Shown: positions 27,783 through 37,102 of the stretch, piece after piece
How the letters are laid out: each line of letters begins with the position of its first letter
Numbering within the stretch: the first letter of the stretch is position 1
Program-made: the position numbers and the translations under genes
Notes under the pieces: model-generated
What the model was told of the DNA's origin: nothing
Database searches by the model: none
What the model saw: the letters and a program-made list of their open reading frames with translations, nothing else
Assembly: GCA_964583985.1 (NCBI GenBank)
Contig: CAZOYD010000007.1
Span: forward strand, 33,788-86,383
Source of the DNA: an uncultured archaeon
Lineage (GTDB): Archaea; Asgardarchaeota; Lokiarchaeia; Sigyniarchaeales; SOKP01
DNA: 52,596 bases
Reading direction: 5' to 3'

Positions 27783-29258
27783 ATGAATCTAAAAACAAAA
27801 TTTAGCTTTATTTTCTCAATAGTTTTACTCCTATTACCACTTATATCGAATTTTATTATTCATCCTAATATTGCTACTAAAATCGCTCAGTTTAATGCAA
27901 ATGATAATCCAAAGTCATCTAATTATTGGATTATGGGACCAATTTATATCAATGGATCAGCTCTAGGAGTTGATGCTCATAATTGGACCTGGGCAGAAAA
28001 CCAACCTTGGTGCAGTGGTAACGGTACATTAATAAATCCTTATCTTCTTGAAAATATTACAATCGATTGTGGAGGTGTAGGAAGTGGAATTTTCATAGAG
28101 AATTCAGTAAATGAGTATTTTATTGTAAAAAACTGTACAATAATGAGTGCTGGAACAAGTGGAGGCATTAGACTTATAGAGGTTCAAAATGGTACTATTA
28201 TTAATAATAATATTAGTAATAATTATGCGGGAATGTATCTTGGTCATTGCGAAGGTATCAACATAACAGGAAATATTGTGTTTAATAATATTGGACAAGG
28301 CATTATTTTGCTCCTTAGTATGTATAATCTCATTATTAATAATACACAAAAAGGTAGTCGATACTACGGTTTGTTCTTACAAAGTCAAAGTAATAATAAC
28401 ACAATAATTGGTAATAATTTTACAGAAAACACTCATTCAGTCTATGATGGAGATGGGATTAAAATTAAAAATAGTAACGGAAATATAGTAATAGAGAATA
28501 TATTGAAAGATAATGACAGAGGAATAGAAATTTTAGATAATTCGAACGAAAATGAAATTTTTGATAATACAATACACGATAATGCAGAATATGGCGTATT
28601 AATTCAAAGAGAATCTCGAGAATGTTTGGATAATATCATTTATGATAATAATATTGCTAACCCGTTAGGAATGAATGCTTATGATAATGGCACAAATACG
28701 CAATGGGATTATCAAAATCAAGGTAACTATTGGGCAGATTATTTAGGTGCTGATAATAACGATGATGAAATAGGAGATACACCTTATATTATTCTTGGAA
28801 CGGACTTAAGTCAAGATAACTTCCCCATATGGGACGATGGTCCAAATCCAGTCCCAATAATAATTCTTAACTCACCACTTGAAGTATCAGAGAGAATATT
28901 TGGGATTTCCGCTCCAACAATTAATATAACCATTACGGATAATGATTTAGCTGAAGCTTGGTATACTATCAATTCTGGAACAATCAGATACTATTTCTCA
29001 CCAATTAATGGAATCAACATTATTTCTATTAATCAAACCGTCTGGAGTGCTTTAGATGAAGGAAGCATAACAATCACCATTTTTACGAATGATACTCAAG
29101 GACAAGAGGTTAATCTTCCCATCTTATTCACTAAAGATATTTCTTCACCCTCACAACCAGCGATTCCATATGGAAATTACTATATCATGTTTATGGTAAT
29201 TAGCATTCTCTCTCTACTCATGATCGCATCAAGAAAGAGCAAAATAATATATTCTTAA
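27783..29258 (+). CDS. Secreted/surface right-handed parallel beta-helix (NosD/CASH-like) protein with C-terminal membrane anchor
   Basis: N-terminal signal, N/I-rich PbH repeats, GNYWADY, C-terminal IPYG + TM + RKSK; ATG 27783 (TTG 27774 possible). Confidence 0.85.
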   Translation: MNLKTKFSFIFSIVLLLLPLISNFIIHPNIATKIAQFNANDNPKSSNYWIMGPIYINGSALGVDAHNWTWAENQPWCSGNGTLINPYLLENITIDCGGVGSGIFIENSVNEYFIVKNCTIMSAGTSGGIRLIEVQNGTIINNNISNNYAGMYLGHCEGINITGNIVFNNIGQGIILLLSMYNLIINNTQKGSRYYGLFLQSQSNNNTIIGNNFTENTHSVYDGDGIKIKNSNGNIVIENILKDNDRGIEILDNSNENEIFDNTIHDNAEYGVLIQRESRECLDNIIYDNNIANPLGMNAYDNGTNTQWDYQNQGNYWADYLGADNNDDEIGDTPYIILGTDLSQDNFPIWDDGPNPVPIIILNSPLEVSERIFGISAPTINITITDNDLAEAWYTINSGTIRYYFSPINGINIISINQTVWSALDEGSITITIFTNDTQGQEVNLPILFTKDISSPSQPAIPYGNYYIMFMVISILSLLMIASRKSKIIYS

Positions 29259-29274
29259 CATTTTATTTTATTTT

Positions 29275-29433
29275 TTATTCATCCAAATCATATAAATCTC
29301 CAGGTTTTGAACCATCAAATAGCTCTAATTTATAAAAACGAACCTTTTTATCACATTGAGGGCAATAATATATTCCCGGTTCGGCGTTTTCTATTGAATA
29401 GCCGCAAATCTTACAAATTATATAGTATTGCAT
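29275..29433 (-). CDS. Zinc-ribbon microprotein (52 aa), not in ORF track
   Basis: MQYYIICKICGYSIENAEPGIYYCPQCDKKVRFYKLELFDGSKPGDLYDLDE; CxxC-x13-CxxC. Confidence 0.75.
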   Translation of the reverse strand: MQYYIICKICGYSIENAEPGIYYCPQCDKKVRFYKLELFDGSKPGDLYDLDE

Positions 29434-29738
29434 CTTGATTATAGTATTAAAACACTTTTTTATTAGAAATAATCGTCTAGAAATTTAATATTATTCATTA
29501 TCATATTAACGAAACTCGATTGATGTAACTCCATAAAATCGTTCGCTTTCAATGAATTTCATCTATTTTGCCAAATTCTCGTAACAATGAGTCCCCTGGT
29601 ATTAATTTTTTACTGTAAGAAATAAGATATATTTAAATAGCCAAAACCCTAACAAGGCTGTCAACGTTGTATCGATTATTTTTATACAAGTTTCACTCAA
29701 TTACGGCTATTTAAAAATCCTTTTTGATTAAACATTTA

Positions 29739-29849
29739 TCATTTAAATCTCAAGGTCATGAAGTAAGCTATTTTTTTACATTTAGAACAAAAATAATAGC
29801 CCTCTTCATTACCACTTACTTGTTCTTTACATTTCGTGCAAAAAATCAT
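29739..29849 (-). CDS. Zinc-ribbon microprotein (36 aa), paralog of 29275-29433, not in ORF track
   Basis: MIFCTKCKEQVSGNEEGYYFCSKCKKIAYFMTLRFK; CxxC-x13-CxxC. Confidence 0.7.
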   Translation of the reverse strand: MIFCTKCKEQVSGNEEGYYFCSKCKKIAYFMTLRFK

Positions 29850-30015
29850 TATACTTCAATTATGATATTGGAAGGTTTTTAATTTTTTGTTGATAAAAAA
29901 TAATGTGAAAAGCCAAGGAGAGTTTATAACGAAAAATTATAAATTAAAAGCAATCAATTATATCCCTAAGATCTACTATTTTTACCGAATCTACTTTTAT
30001 TATTAGGCGCTATGG

Positions 30016-31050
30016 ATGAATCAAGTGGAATATAAAGGTGATACTTATGAAGTCCAAAAAGGATTTCTGGATTTAGGATTGTTAGAAATATCAGACATAG
30101 AAAACATCCATGGATTAGATACTCTTGATATTAAACATCTGGAATTGAGTTCGAATGAAATCACGGAGATTAAAGGATTAGAATCGATTAAAACCTTGGA
30201 AATTTTAAATTGCAGCAATAATCAAATAAGACATATATCAGGGCTATCCGAACTGCAAAACCTAAAAATCTTACATTTGGCATCAAATCAATTTTTAAAA
30301 ATTGAAGGTTTAGAAAATCTTTCATCTTTAGAAGAATTATATTTGCGAGGTAATCAAATTTCATCTCTATCCGGACTGGATGGATTGAAATCTCTGCAAA
30401 AGTTGGATTTGTCTTGGAATGCGATTACAAAAATTCAAGGATTGGAAACATTAAGCGAATTAGAAGTACTATGGATTGCGGGAAACCAAATAAAAAAAAT
30501 TGAAGGATTAGATAAATTGGAAAACCTACAGATTTTAAATCTTGCGGGAAATGAGATATCTCAACTTGAAAACGTAGATCACTTATTAAATTTGAGGGAA
30601 CTATATCTTAATGATAATAAATTGAAGAAGATTGAAAATTTGGCAAATCTTACAAATTTAGAAACTTTTTGGGCTACATCTAATAAAATTAAAGAAATTG
30701 AAGGGTTTGAAAATTGTAGCAATCTCCAGGTTCTAAACTTGAAAGATAATGAGGTAGATGAAATAAAAGGACTATATCCCTTGATAAATTTAAATAAATT
30801 ATTCCTCTCAGGAAATAAAATAGAACATATTAAAGGGCTTGAAACACTTCAAAATTTGGAAACTTTAGATTTAGGGGATAATCATATATCTCTTATAAAG
30901 GGTTTAGAATCATTAATCAATTTAAAAGATTTATGGCTTTATGGAAACAATGTAGATCCGAGTTTAATTAATAAAATGGGAGGATTAGATTCGGGTGGGT
31001 GTGCATTTGATGCATCAAAATTTGTAGAATACTGTCTTGTAAATCTCTAA
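30016..31050 (+). CDS. Leucine-rich repeat protein (SDS22-like 22-aa repeats)
   Basis: About 13 repeats of LxxLxLxxNxIxxIxGLxxLxx. Confidence 0.93.
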   Translation: MNQVEYKGDTYEVQKGFLDLGLLEISDIENIHGLDTLDIKHLELSSNEITEIKGLESIKTLEILNCSNNQIRHISGLSELQNLKILHLASNQFLKIEGLENLSSLEELYLRGNQISSLSGLDGLKSLQKLDLSWNAITKIQGLETLSELEVLWIAGNQIKKIEGLDKLENLQILNLAGNEISQLENVDHLLNLRELYLNDNKLKKIENLANLTNLETFWATSNKIKEIEGFENCSNLQVLNLKDNEVDEIKGLYPLINLNKLFLSGNKIEHIKGLETLQNLETLDLGDNHISLIKGLESLINLKDLWLYGNNVDPSLINKMGGLDSGGCAFDASKFVEYCLVNL

Positions 31051-31098
31051 TAGTATCAATAAAAAATTGAATTATTTTAAAATATATGGAAAAAGAGC

Positions 31099-32355
31099 AT
31101 GATCTCAAAACCAAATCCGTACGAAACTCGAAAGAAACAGTTAGAAATTGCTGCTAAGTTAATTAACTTATCATCAAATACTATCGAATACCTAAAAGAT
31201 GTCGATAGATCATTGATAGTTACCATACCTATTAACATGGATGATGGGTCATTAAAAATTTTTGAGGGTTATAGAATTCATCATTCTACACTTCGAGGTC
31301 CAGCAATAGGAGGTGTAAGGTATGCTGCTGATCTAACATTGGATGACGTGAAAGCACTCGCTTTTTTAATGACTTTTAAAACAGCTTTATTGGGAATTCC
31401 TCTAGGAGGATCGAAAGGAGGAATAAAGGTAGATGTAAAAACTCTATCTAAAAAAGAGTTAGAGAAACTCACAAGACGTTATACGGCAGAAATAATAAAT
31501 CTTATTGGTCCAGATATTGATATACTTGCTCCTGATTTAAATACTGATGAACAAACCATTGCTTGGATGATGGATGTATATTCAATGCAAAAGGGAAGGT
31601 CAGTTCCTTCTGTTGGGGTTGGTAAGCCACTAGAAATTGGAGGGACTGTTGGAAGGAAAGAAGCATCTGGCACGGGAATGTTTTATATTTTGCAAGCATT
31701 ATGCGATAAATTGAATTTCGATAAAACTTCATTAGACATCGTAATTCAAGGTTTTGGCAACGTGGGAATGGTAATCGCGCAAACTCTATACCAAAATAAA
31801 TGTAAAATAATCGCAGTTTCGGATACAAATGGAGGAATTTACTCTCCTCAAGGTTTAGATATACAAAAATTAATATCTTGGAAATTAGCAGGTAATTCTG
31901 TAAGAGATTATGAAGATAATGACACGAAAGCAATTACTAATCAAGAATTATTGGAATTAGAATGCAATGTCTTGATTCCAGCCGCGATCGAGAACCAAAT
32001 TACATCTACAAATGCCGATAATATTAAGTGTCAAATAATCTTAGAAGGGGCAGATGGACCGGTAACAAGTAAAGCAGATGCTATATTAAATGAAAAAGGA
32101 ATTTTAGTTGTTCCAGATATTTTAGCTAATGGTGGAGCGTTATGTGTTTCATATTTTGAATATATTCAGGACGTTCATTCTTATTTCTGGAAAATAGATC
32201 GCGTCAATCGCGAAATGAAGAATATTTTATTAGATGCATTTGAAAAAGTTTGGAAAATCTCAAAAGAAAGAAATGTATCTCTTCGAAATGCAGCATACAT
32301 GATTGCGATTGAACAAGTAGCAAAAACTCATGAGTTAAGGGGTTTGTTTCCTTGA
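31099..32355 (+). CDS. Glu/Leu/Phe/Val dehydrogenase, GDH-type scaffold with atypical substrate-site residues
   Basis: MTFK, GGSKGG, LTRRY, APD, QGFGNVG, PAAIEN, VPDILAN..VSYFE; GPAIGG in place of GPxKGG. Confidence 0.88.
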   Translation: MISKPNPYETRKKQLEIAAKLINLSSNTIEYLKDVDRSLIVTIPINMDDGSLKIFEGYRIHHSTLRGPAIGGVRYAADLTLDDVKALAFLMTFKTALLGIPLGGSKGGIKVDVKTLSKKELEKLTRRYTAEIINLIGPDIDILAPDLNTDEQTIAWMMDVYSMQKGRSVPSVGVGKPLEIGGTVGRKEASGTGMFYILQALCDKLNFDKTSLDIVIQGFGNVGMVIAQTLYQNKCKIIAVSDTNGGIYSPQGLDIQKLISWKLAGNSVRDYEDNDTKAITNQELLELECNVLIPAAIENQITSTNADNIKCQIILEGADGPVTSKADAILNEKGILVVPDILANGGALCVSYFEYIQDVHSYFWKIDRVNREMKNILLDAFEKVWKISKERNVSLRNAAYMIAIEQVAKTHELRGLFP

Positions 32356-33122
32356 AGAATTAATTCCATTAACTTTTCCGTTATTTTTTTCATTGCTATG
32401 AAACTAACATTATCGTTACTAACATCAATGATTGGTAATCCTTGCAATTCCATTTGAATGATTTCTTCATCTCTTGGAATATTTCCTATAATTGGAAGAT
32501 TATAACTTGCCAATTTTTCAATAATCTTGGAGATATTTCCTTCTACTTTGTTGATTATAACTCCGCGATCTCTATAATGAGTAAATTTATCTGCACTCTT
32601 CCTTATTGAATCTGCGGTATCAACACTTCGAAGAGAGATATCGGTGATAATTAAGAGATAATCAACATTCTCAATTACTTTTCTATTGATTTGTTCTAAA
32701 CCCGCTTCACAATCAATTAAAATAATTTCAAAATCTCTTGAAATGGATCGTATAACTCTCTTAAGTAAGGCATTTGAAGGACAGAAACATCCAGGATCCT
32801 CGGGTTGACCTATTGAAAGTAAACTAAAAAATTTATTCTCAGCAATGGCATTATACACTTCAAAATCGATATTTTCAGCAATTTCTTTTATTTCTTTTTT
32901 CTTGAGTAGTGTTTTTTCGATGACCTCTGAACGAATGCTTTCTACACTTTTAGAAGGAACTAGTTTTACCATCTTGCTTAGATGTGGATGGGTGGGATCA
33001 GCATCAATGAGAAGAAGTTTATAATTATAATTCTCAGAAACGATTTTAGCTAATAATGCAGTTACTAAGGTTTTACCAACACCTCCCTTCCCCACGATTG
33101 CTATTGTTTGCGGCCTCTCCAT
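32328..33122 (-). CDS. cooC: CooC/AcsF-type nickel-insertion ATPase
   Basis: GKGGVGKT, IDADP, GCFC (CxC), IDCEAGLEQ. Confidence 0.85.
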   Translation of the reverse strand: MERPQTIAIVGKGGVGKTLVTALLAKIVSENYNYKLLLIDADPTHPHLSKMVKLVPSKSVESIRSEVIEKTLLKKKEIKEIAENIDFEVYNAIAENKFFSLLSIGQPEDPGCFCPSNALLKRVIRSISRDFEIILIDCEAGLEQINRKVIENVDYLLIITDISLRSVDTADSIRKSADKFTHYRDRGVIINKVEGNISKIIEKLASYNLPIIGNIPRDEEIIQMELQGLPIIDVSNDNVSFIAMKKITEKLMELILQGNKPLNS

Positions 33123-33145
33123 TATTATGATATTTTTATCCGATT

Positions 33146-33913
33146 TTAATTTTCAAGTTGATTTCTAGTGTTTAATAAGTCCTTTATATCTCTACAATCT
33201 TCCATATATGGACATATTTCACATCCCCAATCATAATCACAATCGATTTTCTTTTTCCATACATCAATCTTCTTTATCCATCTTTCTAAGTGAAGATTCG
33301 TAATATTAGAAGTAATGCGGATGAATTCATTTATAGATTGTGGATCATTATTTATAAAAAAGATCTCTAAAGATTGTATTAAATCTTTGAATTTTTTTCT
33401 GTAAAGGTGAAATATAGCATTTCCAAAAATTTCCATTGAGAATCCTTTTTGTAATAGAGAGGAATTTATCCGACACCAAAATTTTCTGGGAATTGTTCTA
33501 ACAGAAAATCCTTCAATTCCATTTGATATTAAATTCAATCCACGAAGATCTTGTTCTGTCAGTTCAGATAAAGAATCAACACCTATCACAATGAACATGC
33601 CAAAATGTACCCTTGATTGAGAGAGATCTTGGAATTCTGGACCTAATGCCGTGATTTTTCCATTTTGAATTTGATCATTATTGATGATTGGATGGATTAA
33701 CGAAAAGGATTGAAGACCAAATCCTCCTAATTCTAAGGCAGTCTCCTCTTGCAAAATTATCTCTTTGTATTTATTTACCCCTACTTTAATTTTAAATTGC
33801 TCCAAGAATGATTTAATCTCTTTCGGGGATTGGTAATATCTGATTTCCTTACCACTTTCTTTTTCGTGTATTAAATATTGTCTGATTGATTTGAGGATGT
33901 TTTCACTTGTCAA
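33146..33913 (-). CDS. Truncated acetyl-CoA synthase beta (CdhC/AcsB)-like protein with Cys-rich tail
   Basis: LELGG, NGKITALGPE, IEGF..R....FWCRIN...KGFS...FG; tail CDYDWGCEICPYMEDC; directly upstream of cooC. Confidence 0.6.
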   Translation of the reverse strand: MTSENILKSIRQYLIHEKESGKEIRYYQSPKEIKSFLEQFKIKVGVNKYKEIILQEETALELGGFGLQSFSLIHPIINNDQIQNGKITALGPEFQDLSQSRVHFGMFIVIGVDSLSELTEQDLRGLNLISNGIEGFSVRTIPRKFWCRINSSLLQKGFSMEIFGNAIFHLYRKKFKDLIQSLEIFFINNDPQSINEFIRITSNITNLHLERWIKKIDVWKKKIDCDYDWGCEICPYMEDCRDIKDLLNTRNQLEN

Positions 33914-34010
33914 TTTACATAGAATATATCTTTTGAAAAATAATTAAATATATATGATCTAAAGTAAAAATTACTCTAATAAAAATCAAATCGGGATTCG
34001 ATTTAAAAAA

Positions 34011-34433
34011 ATGATAAATATAGAAAAAGCGGATGATTTGTTGGGAATATCATTGAACAATATCTTGAGTTATCGGAAAAAAGATAAAGATTACATAAAA
34101 TTAGTAACCAATTGGAATAAGAAAATCATCATTGAAATTGAAAAGTTTTATGCTGTTGAAGTAATATTTGATGGAAATGAGATAAAATTTAAGATTGATA
34201 ACCTTGATAGGAAGGTGGATTTAAAAGTAAAAATGAGTTTGGATACGCTTTTAGACATTGCCTATGAAAGATTAAATCCAATTAACGCAGTATTGAAGGG
34301 TAAAGTTAAAATGAAAGGCGTATTTAAAATTGGAATCGTGTTAAAATTTCTGAAAATCTTTGTCACCTCCATGAAATTGGTAGCCTCACAATCTAATCTG
34401 AAATATTATGAATTAAATAAGGAGACCAGATAA
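34011..34433 (+). CDS. SCP2 sterol/lipid-binding domain protein
   Basis: VDLKVKMSLDTLLDI...LNPINAVLKGKVKMKG signature. Confidence 0.8.
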   Translation: MINIEKADDLLGISLNNILSYRKKDKDYIKLVTNWNKKIIIEIEKFYAVEVIFDGNEIKFKIDNLDRKVDLKVKMSLDTLLDIAYERLNPINAVLKGKVKMKGVFKIGIVLKFLKIFVTSMKLVASQSNLKYYELNKETR

Positions 34434-34435
34434 AA

Positions 34436-35917
34436 ATGACATCAATTAAAGAGAGAAAGATCTATGAAAATATTACCATAGAGGAAGTGGGAGCAAGGTT
34501 AGAAGAAATTTTTGGAGCGAGTAACGTTAGCAAAAAGCAAGTGGATTTATACCCTTATTCTTATGATATGACAGAAAGTCCAGCGGGCATGCCAGATTTT
34601 ATAGTCATCCCGGAAAATAAAGAACAATTGGTAGAATTAGTGAAATTTTGTAATGATCACGTTATTCCTATCGTTCCTTATATCTCTGGAAATAATGTGG
34701 GTGGACTGACCATACCAGAGAGGGGTGGAATAATCGTAGATTTTGGAAAGAAAATGAACAAGATCCTATATATAGACGATAATATGATGTATGCCTTATT
34801 GGAACCAGGAGTCACGTTTGGTCAATTAGAAAAATATTTAGAGGAAAACCATCCAAATTTACGATATAGTTACCCATTTGCGCCACCATATGCAGGGGTG
34901 GTAGGAAATGTTATACTAAGTGGCATGAACAATATGTCGTGCAAGCTAGGCTCTATGGGGGATTCTATTAATGGAATCGAAGTAATAACTGCTGATGGCG
35001 AGATTGCACGCATAGGATCTTGTTTTTATGGAAAAGAGGAAGCAGATATAAAATCATGGTGGTCTCGATATCCAATGCCAGATTTAATGGGAATATTCAT
35101 AAATTGGCAAGGAATGACGGGATTAGTGACGAAATGTGCAGTCCAATTATGGCCAAAGCCAAAATATAAGAAAATCTATCTTGCAGTAACCTTTGGTTTG
35201 ACAGATGTTGCTTCAATTATAAGGGAAGTCGGTCGAACAGAAGTTGTTGATGATATATCAGCAGTAAGTGTTGAAGTGGTAAAAATGTCAGTTGAGGTCC
35301 CTGAACCAACTAAATTTCCCGGCGAACCCGATTTTGCGGCACTTTTGGTCATATCAGCAAAAACGCAAAAAGAATTCCAAGCAAAGAAAGAAATTGTTGA
35401 GGAAACAATAGATAACTTGAATAAAGATGGTAAAAATATCATTATCGCAGATGTTGATGAGTTTAGTAAGCTTTTTAGTTTAAGAGTCAGGTGTTATTTA
35501 GATCTGCCCGCAGCTCTATTATCTTTGGTCGAATATTCTGGTTTAACATGGTTTGGCTCCTATACTCCCTCGCATAAATTGGAAGAACTGATTGAAAAAG
35601 TAGATAAAGTCTTTCACAAACACAAAATTCCCTCGTTTATTTACATGAAATCCATGAAAAGTAGCCATTACTCGATTTTTAGACCAATCATGCGATATAA
35701 AAAATTTACAGAAGGAGAGGAAGAGCGTTATCATGCCTGTCTGGAGGAGATTGCAGACATTTGTATTGATTTGGGATGTATTCCTTATAAAACTCCGATC
35801 TGGATGACGAAAAAATTAAGAGAAAGAATTAATCCGGGATGGCTCAATCTGTTTGAAAAGATAAAAAATTGCCTTGATCCTAACAACATTTTCAACCCTG
35901 GAAGGTGGAATACGTAA
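34436..35917 (+). CDS. FAD-linked oxidoreductase (VAO/PCMH family: GlcD, D-LDH, alkyl-DHAP synthase-like)
   Basis: YSYD, PDFIVIP, GGIIVD, EPGVTFGQL, GIEVITADGEI, GMTGLVTK, LDPNNIFNPG. Confidence 0.88.
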   Translation: MTSIKERKIYENITIEEVGARLEEIFGASNVSKKQVDLYPYSYDMTESPAGMPDFIVIPENKEQLVELVKFCNDHVIPIVPYISGNNVGGLTIPERGGIIVDFGKKMNKILYIDDNMMYALLEPGVTFGQLEKYLEENHPNLRYSYPFAPPYAGVVGNVILSGMNNMSCKLGSMGDSINGIEVITADGEIARIGSCFYGKEEADIKSWWSRYPMPDLMGIFINWQGMTGLVTKCAVQLWPKPKYKKIYLAVTFGLTDVASIIREVGRTEVVDDISAVSVEVVKMSVEVPEPTKFPGEPDFAALLVISAKTQKEFQAKKEIVEETIDNLNKDGKNIIIADVDEFSKLFSLRVRCYLDLPAALLSLVEYSGLTWFGSYTPSHKLEELIEKVDKVFHKHKIPSFIYMKSMKSSHYSIFRPIMRYKKFTEGEEERYHACLEEIADICIDLGCIPYKTPIWMTKKLRERINPGWLNLFEKIKNCLDPNNIFNPGRWNT

Positions 35918-37095
35918 TGGTCACAGCTGATAGAGAAGTAGTAGGTAAAGAGTTTCTTGATATGACCCTTGAGAGATGCATTAAATGTAGTACATGCAAA
36001 TATGGTTATAAGAATTACGAGAAATCTTGTCCATCTGGAGAACACTTTTTATTCGAATCATATTGGGCATCCGGGAGGATACGAACCATACGAGGTTTAT
36101 TGTTGGGTGATTTAGAATGGTCTAAAGAATTAATTGATCCTATATTTGCCTGCACCACTTGTGGTGCTTGTAGCGATTCGTGTCAAGCCCCTCACGCGGA
36201 TTATATCGTTGATATGATAGAGGCGCTTCGAGAATTAGCAGTTCAACATATTGGTCCTGCGAAAAATCAAGAACTACTCGTATCGCGTTGCATTGAACAT
36301 TGTAATCCGTATGGAGAAGAAAATTCCACGAATGAAGATTTAAAGGCAAAATATGATCTTCCAGACAAGGCAGAATGGGTTTATTTCATTGGTTGTACCT
36401 CAAATTACCGACAAAAATCATTAAGAGATGCTACTCTAAGATTTTTAAAAACAGCTGAGATAGATTTTACTTTAATTGATGAACATTGTTGTACGAGCCC
36501 ACTTATTAGAACAGGTCAGTTATCAATTGTAAATGAATACATGAATTATAATATTGCGGAAATTAAAAAAACGGGGGCAACTAAGATCATTACGAGTTGT
36601 GCTGGATGTTATAGAACTCTAAAAAAGGACTTTAATAAATATGGCGTACCACATGATTTTGAAGTCTATCATTCACTTGAGTTAGTAGAAAAATTACTAG
36701 AGGAGGAAAAAATAGAGTTCAAATCAGAATTTAATCATGCAGTGACCTATCATGACCCATGTCATTTAGGAAGACATATGGGAATATATGAGCTCCCGCG
36801 AAAAATTTATAATCAAATTCCTGGTTTAAAATTAGTTGAGATGAAACGAAATAGAAATTTTGCATGGTGTTGCGGGGCAGGAGGCGGTGTAAAAATTGGA
36901 TATCCCGACTGGGCAGTTGATATTTCAAAAGAGAGATTGGAAGAAGCAAAACAGACAGGTGCTTCAATTGTGACGTCAACGTGCCCATTTTGTAAAACTA
37001 ATTTGCAAGATGCATCAGATAAATATAATTTAGAATTCCAAGTATTAGATTTAATGGAAATTTTAGATCAACTTGAAGTAAATCTTAAACAGTGA
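35917..37095 (+). CDS. Fe-S oxidoreductase, HdrD/GlcF-like (2x[4Fe-4S] plus two CCG domains)
   Basis: CIKCSTC..CP, CTTCGAC, YFIGC, CC, CAGC, HDPCHLGR, CCGAGGG, CPFC; TAATG coupling at 35915-35919. Confidence 0.9.
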   Translation: MVTADREVVGKEFLDMTLERCIKCSTCKYGYKNYEKSCPSGEHFLFESYWASGRIRTIRGLLLGDLEWSKELIDPIFACTTCGACSDSCQAPHADYIVDMIEALRELAVQHIGPAKNQELLVSRCIEHCNPYGEENSTNEDLKAKYDLPDKAEWVYFIGCTSNYRQKSLRDATLRFLKTAEIDFTLIDEHCCTSPLIRTGQLSIVNEYMNYNIAEIKKTGATKIITSCAGCYRTLKKDFNKYGVPHDFEVYHSLELVEKLLEEEKIEFKSEFNHAVTYHDPCHLGRHMGIYELPRKIYNQIPGLKLVEMKRNRNFAWCCGAGGGVKIGYPDWAVDISKERLEEAKQTGASIVTSTCPFCKTNLQDASDKYNLEFQVLDLMEILDQLEVNLKQ

Positions 37096-37102
37096 ATTGA
37101 AC

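Noticed and set aside
32328-32355. 28-bp convergent 3' overlap between the GDH-like gene and cooC
   Set aside because: Short tail-to-tail overlaps are common in compact archaeal genomes
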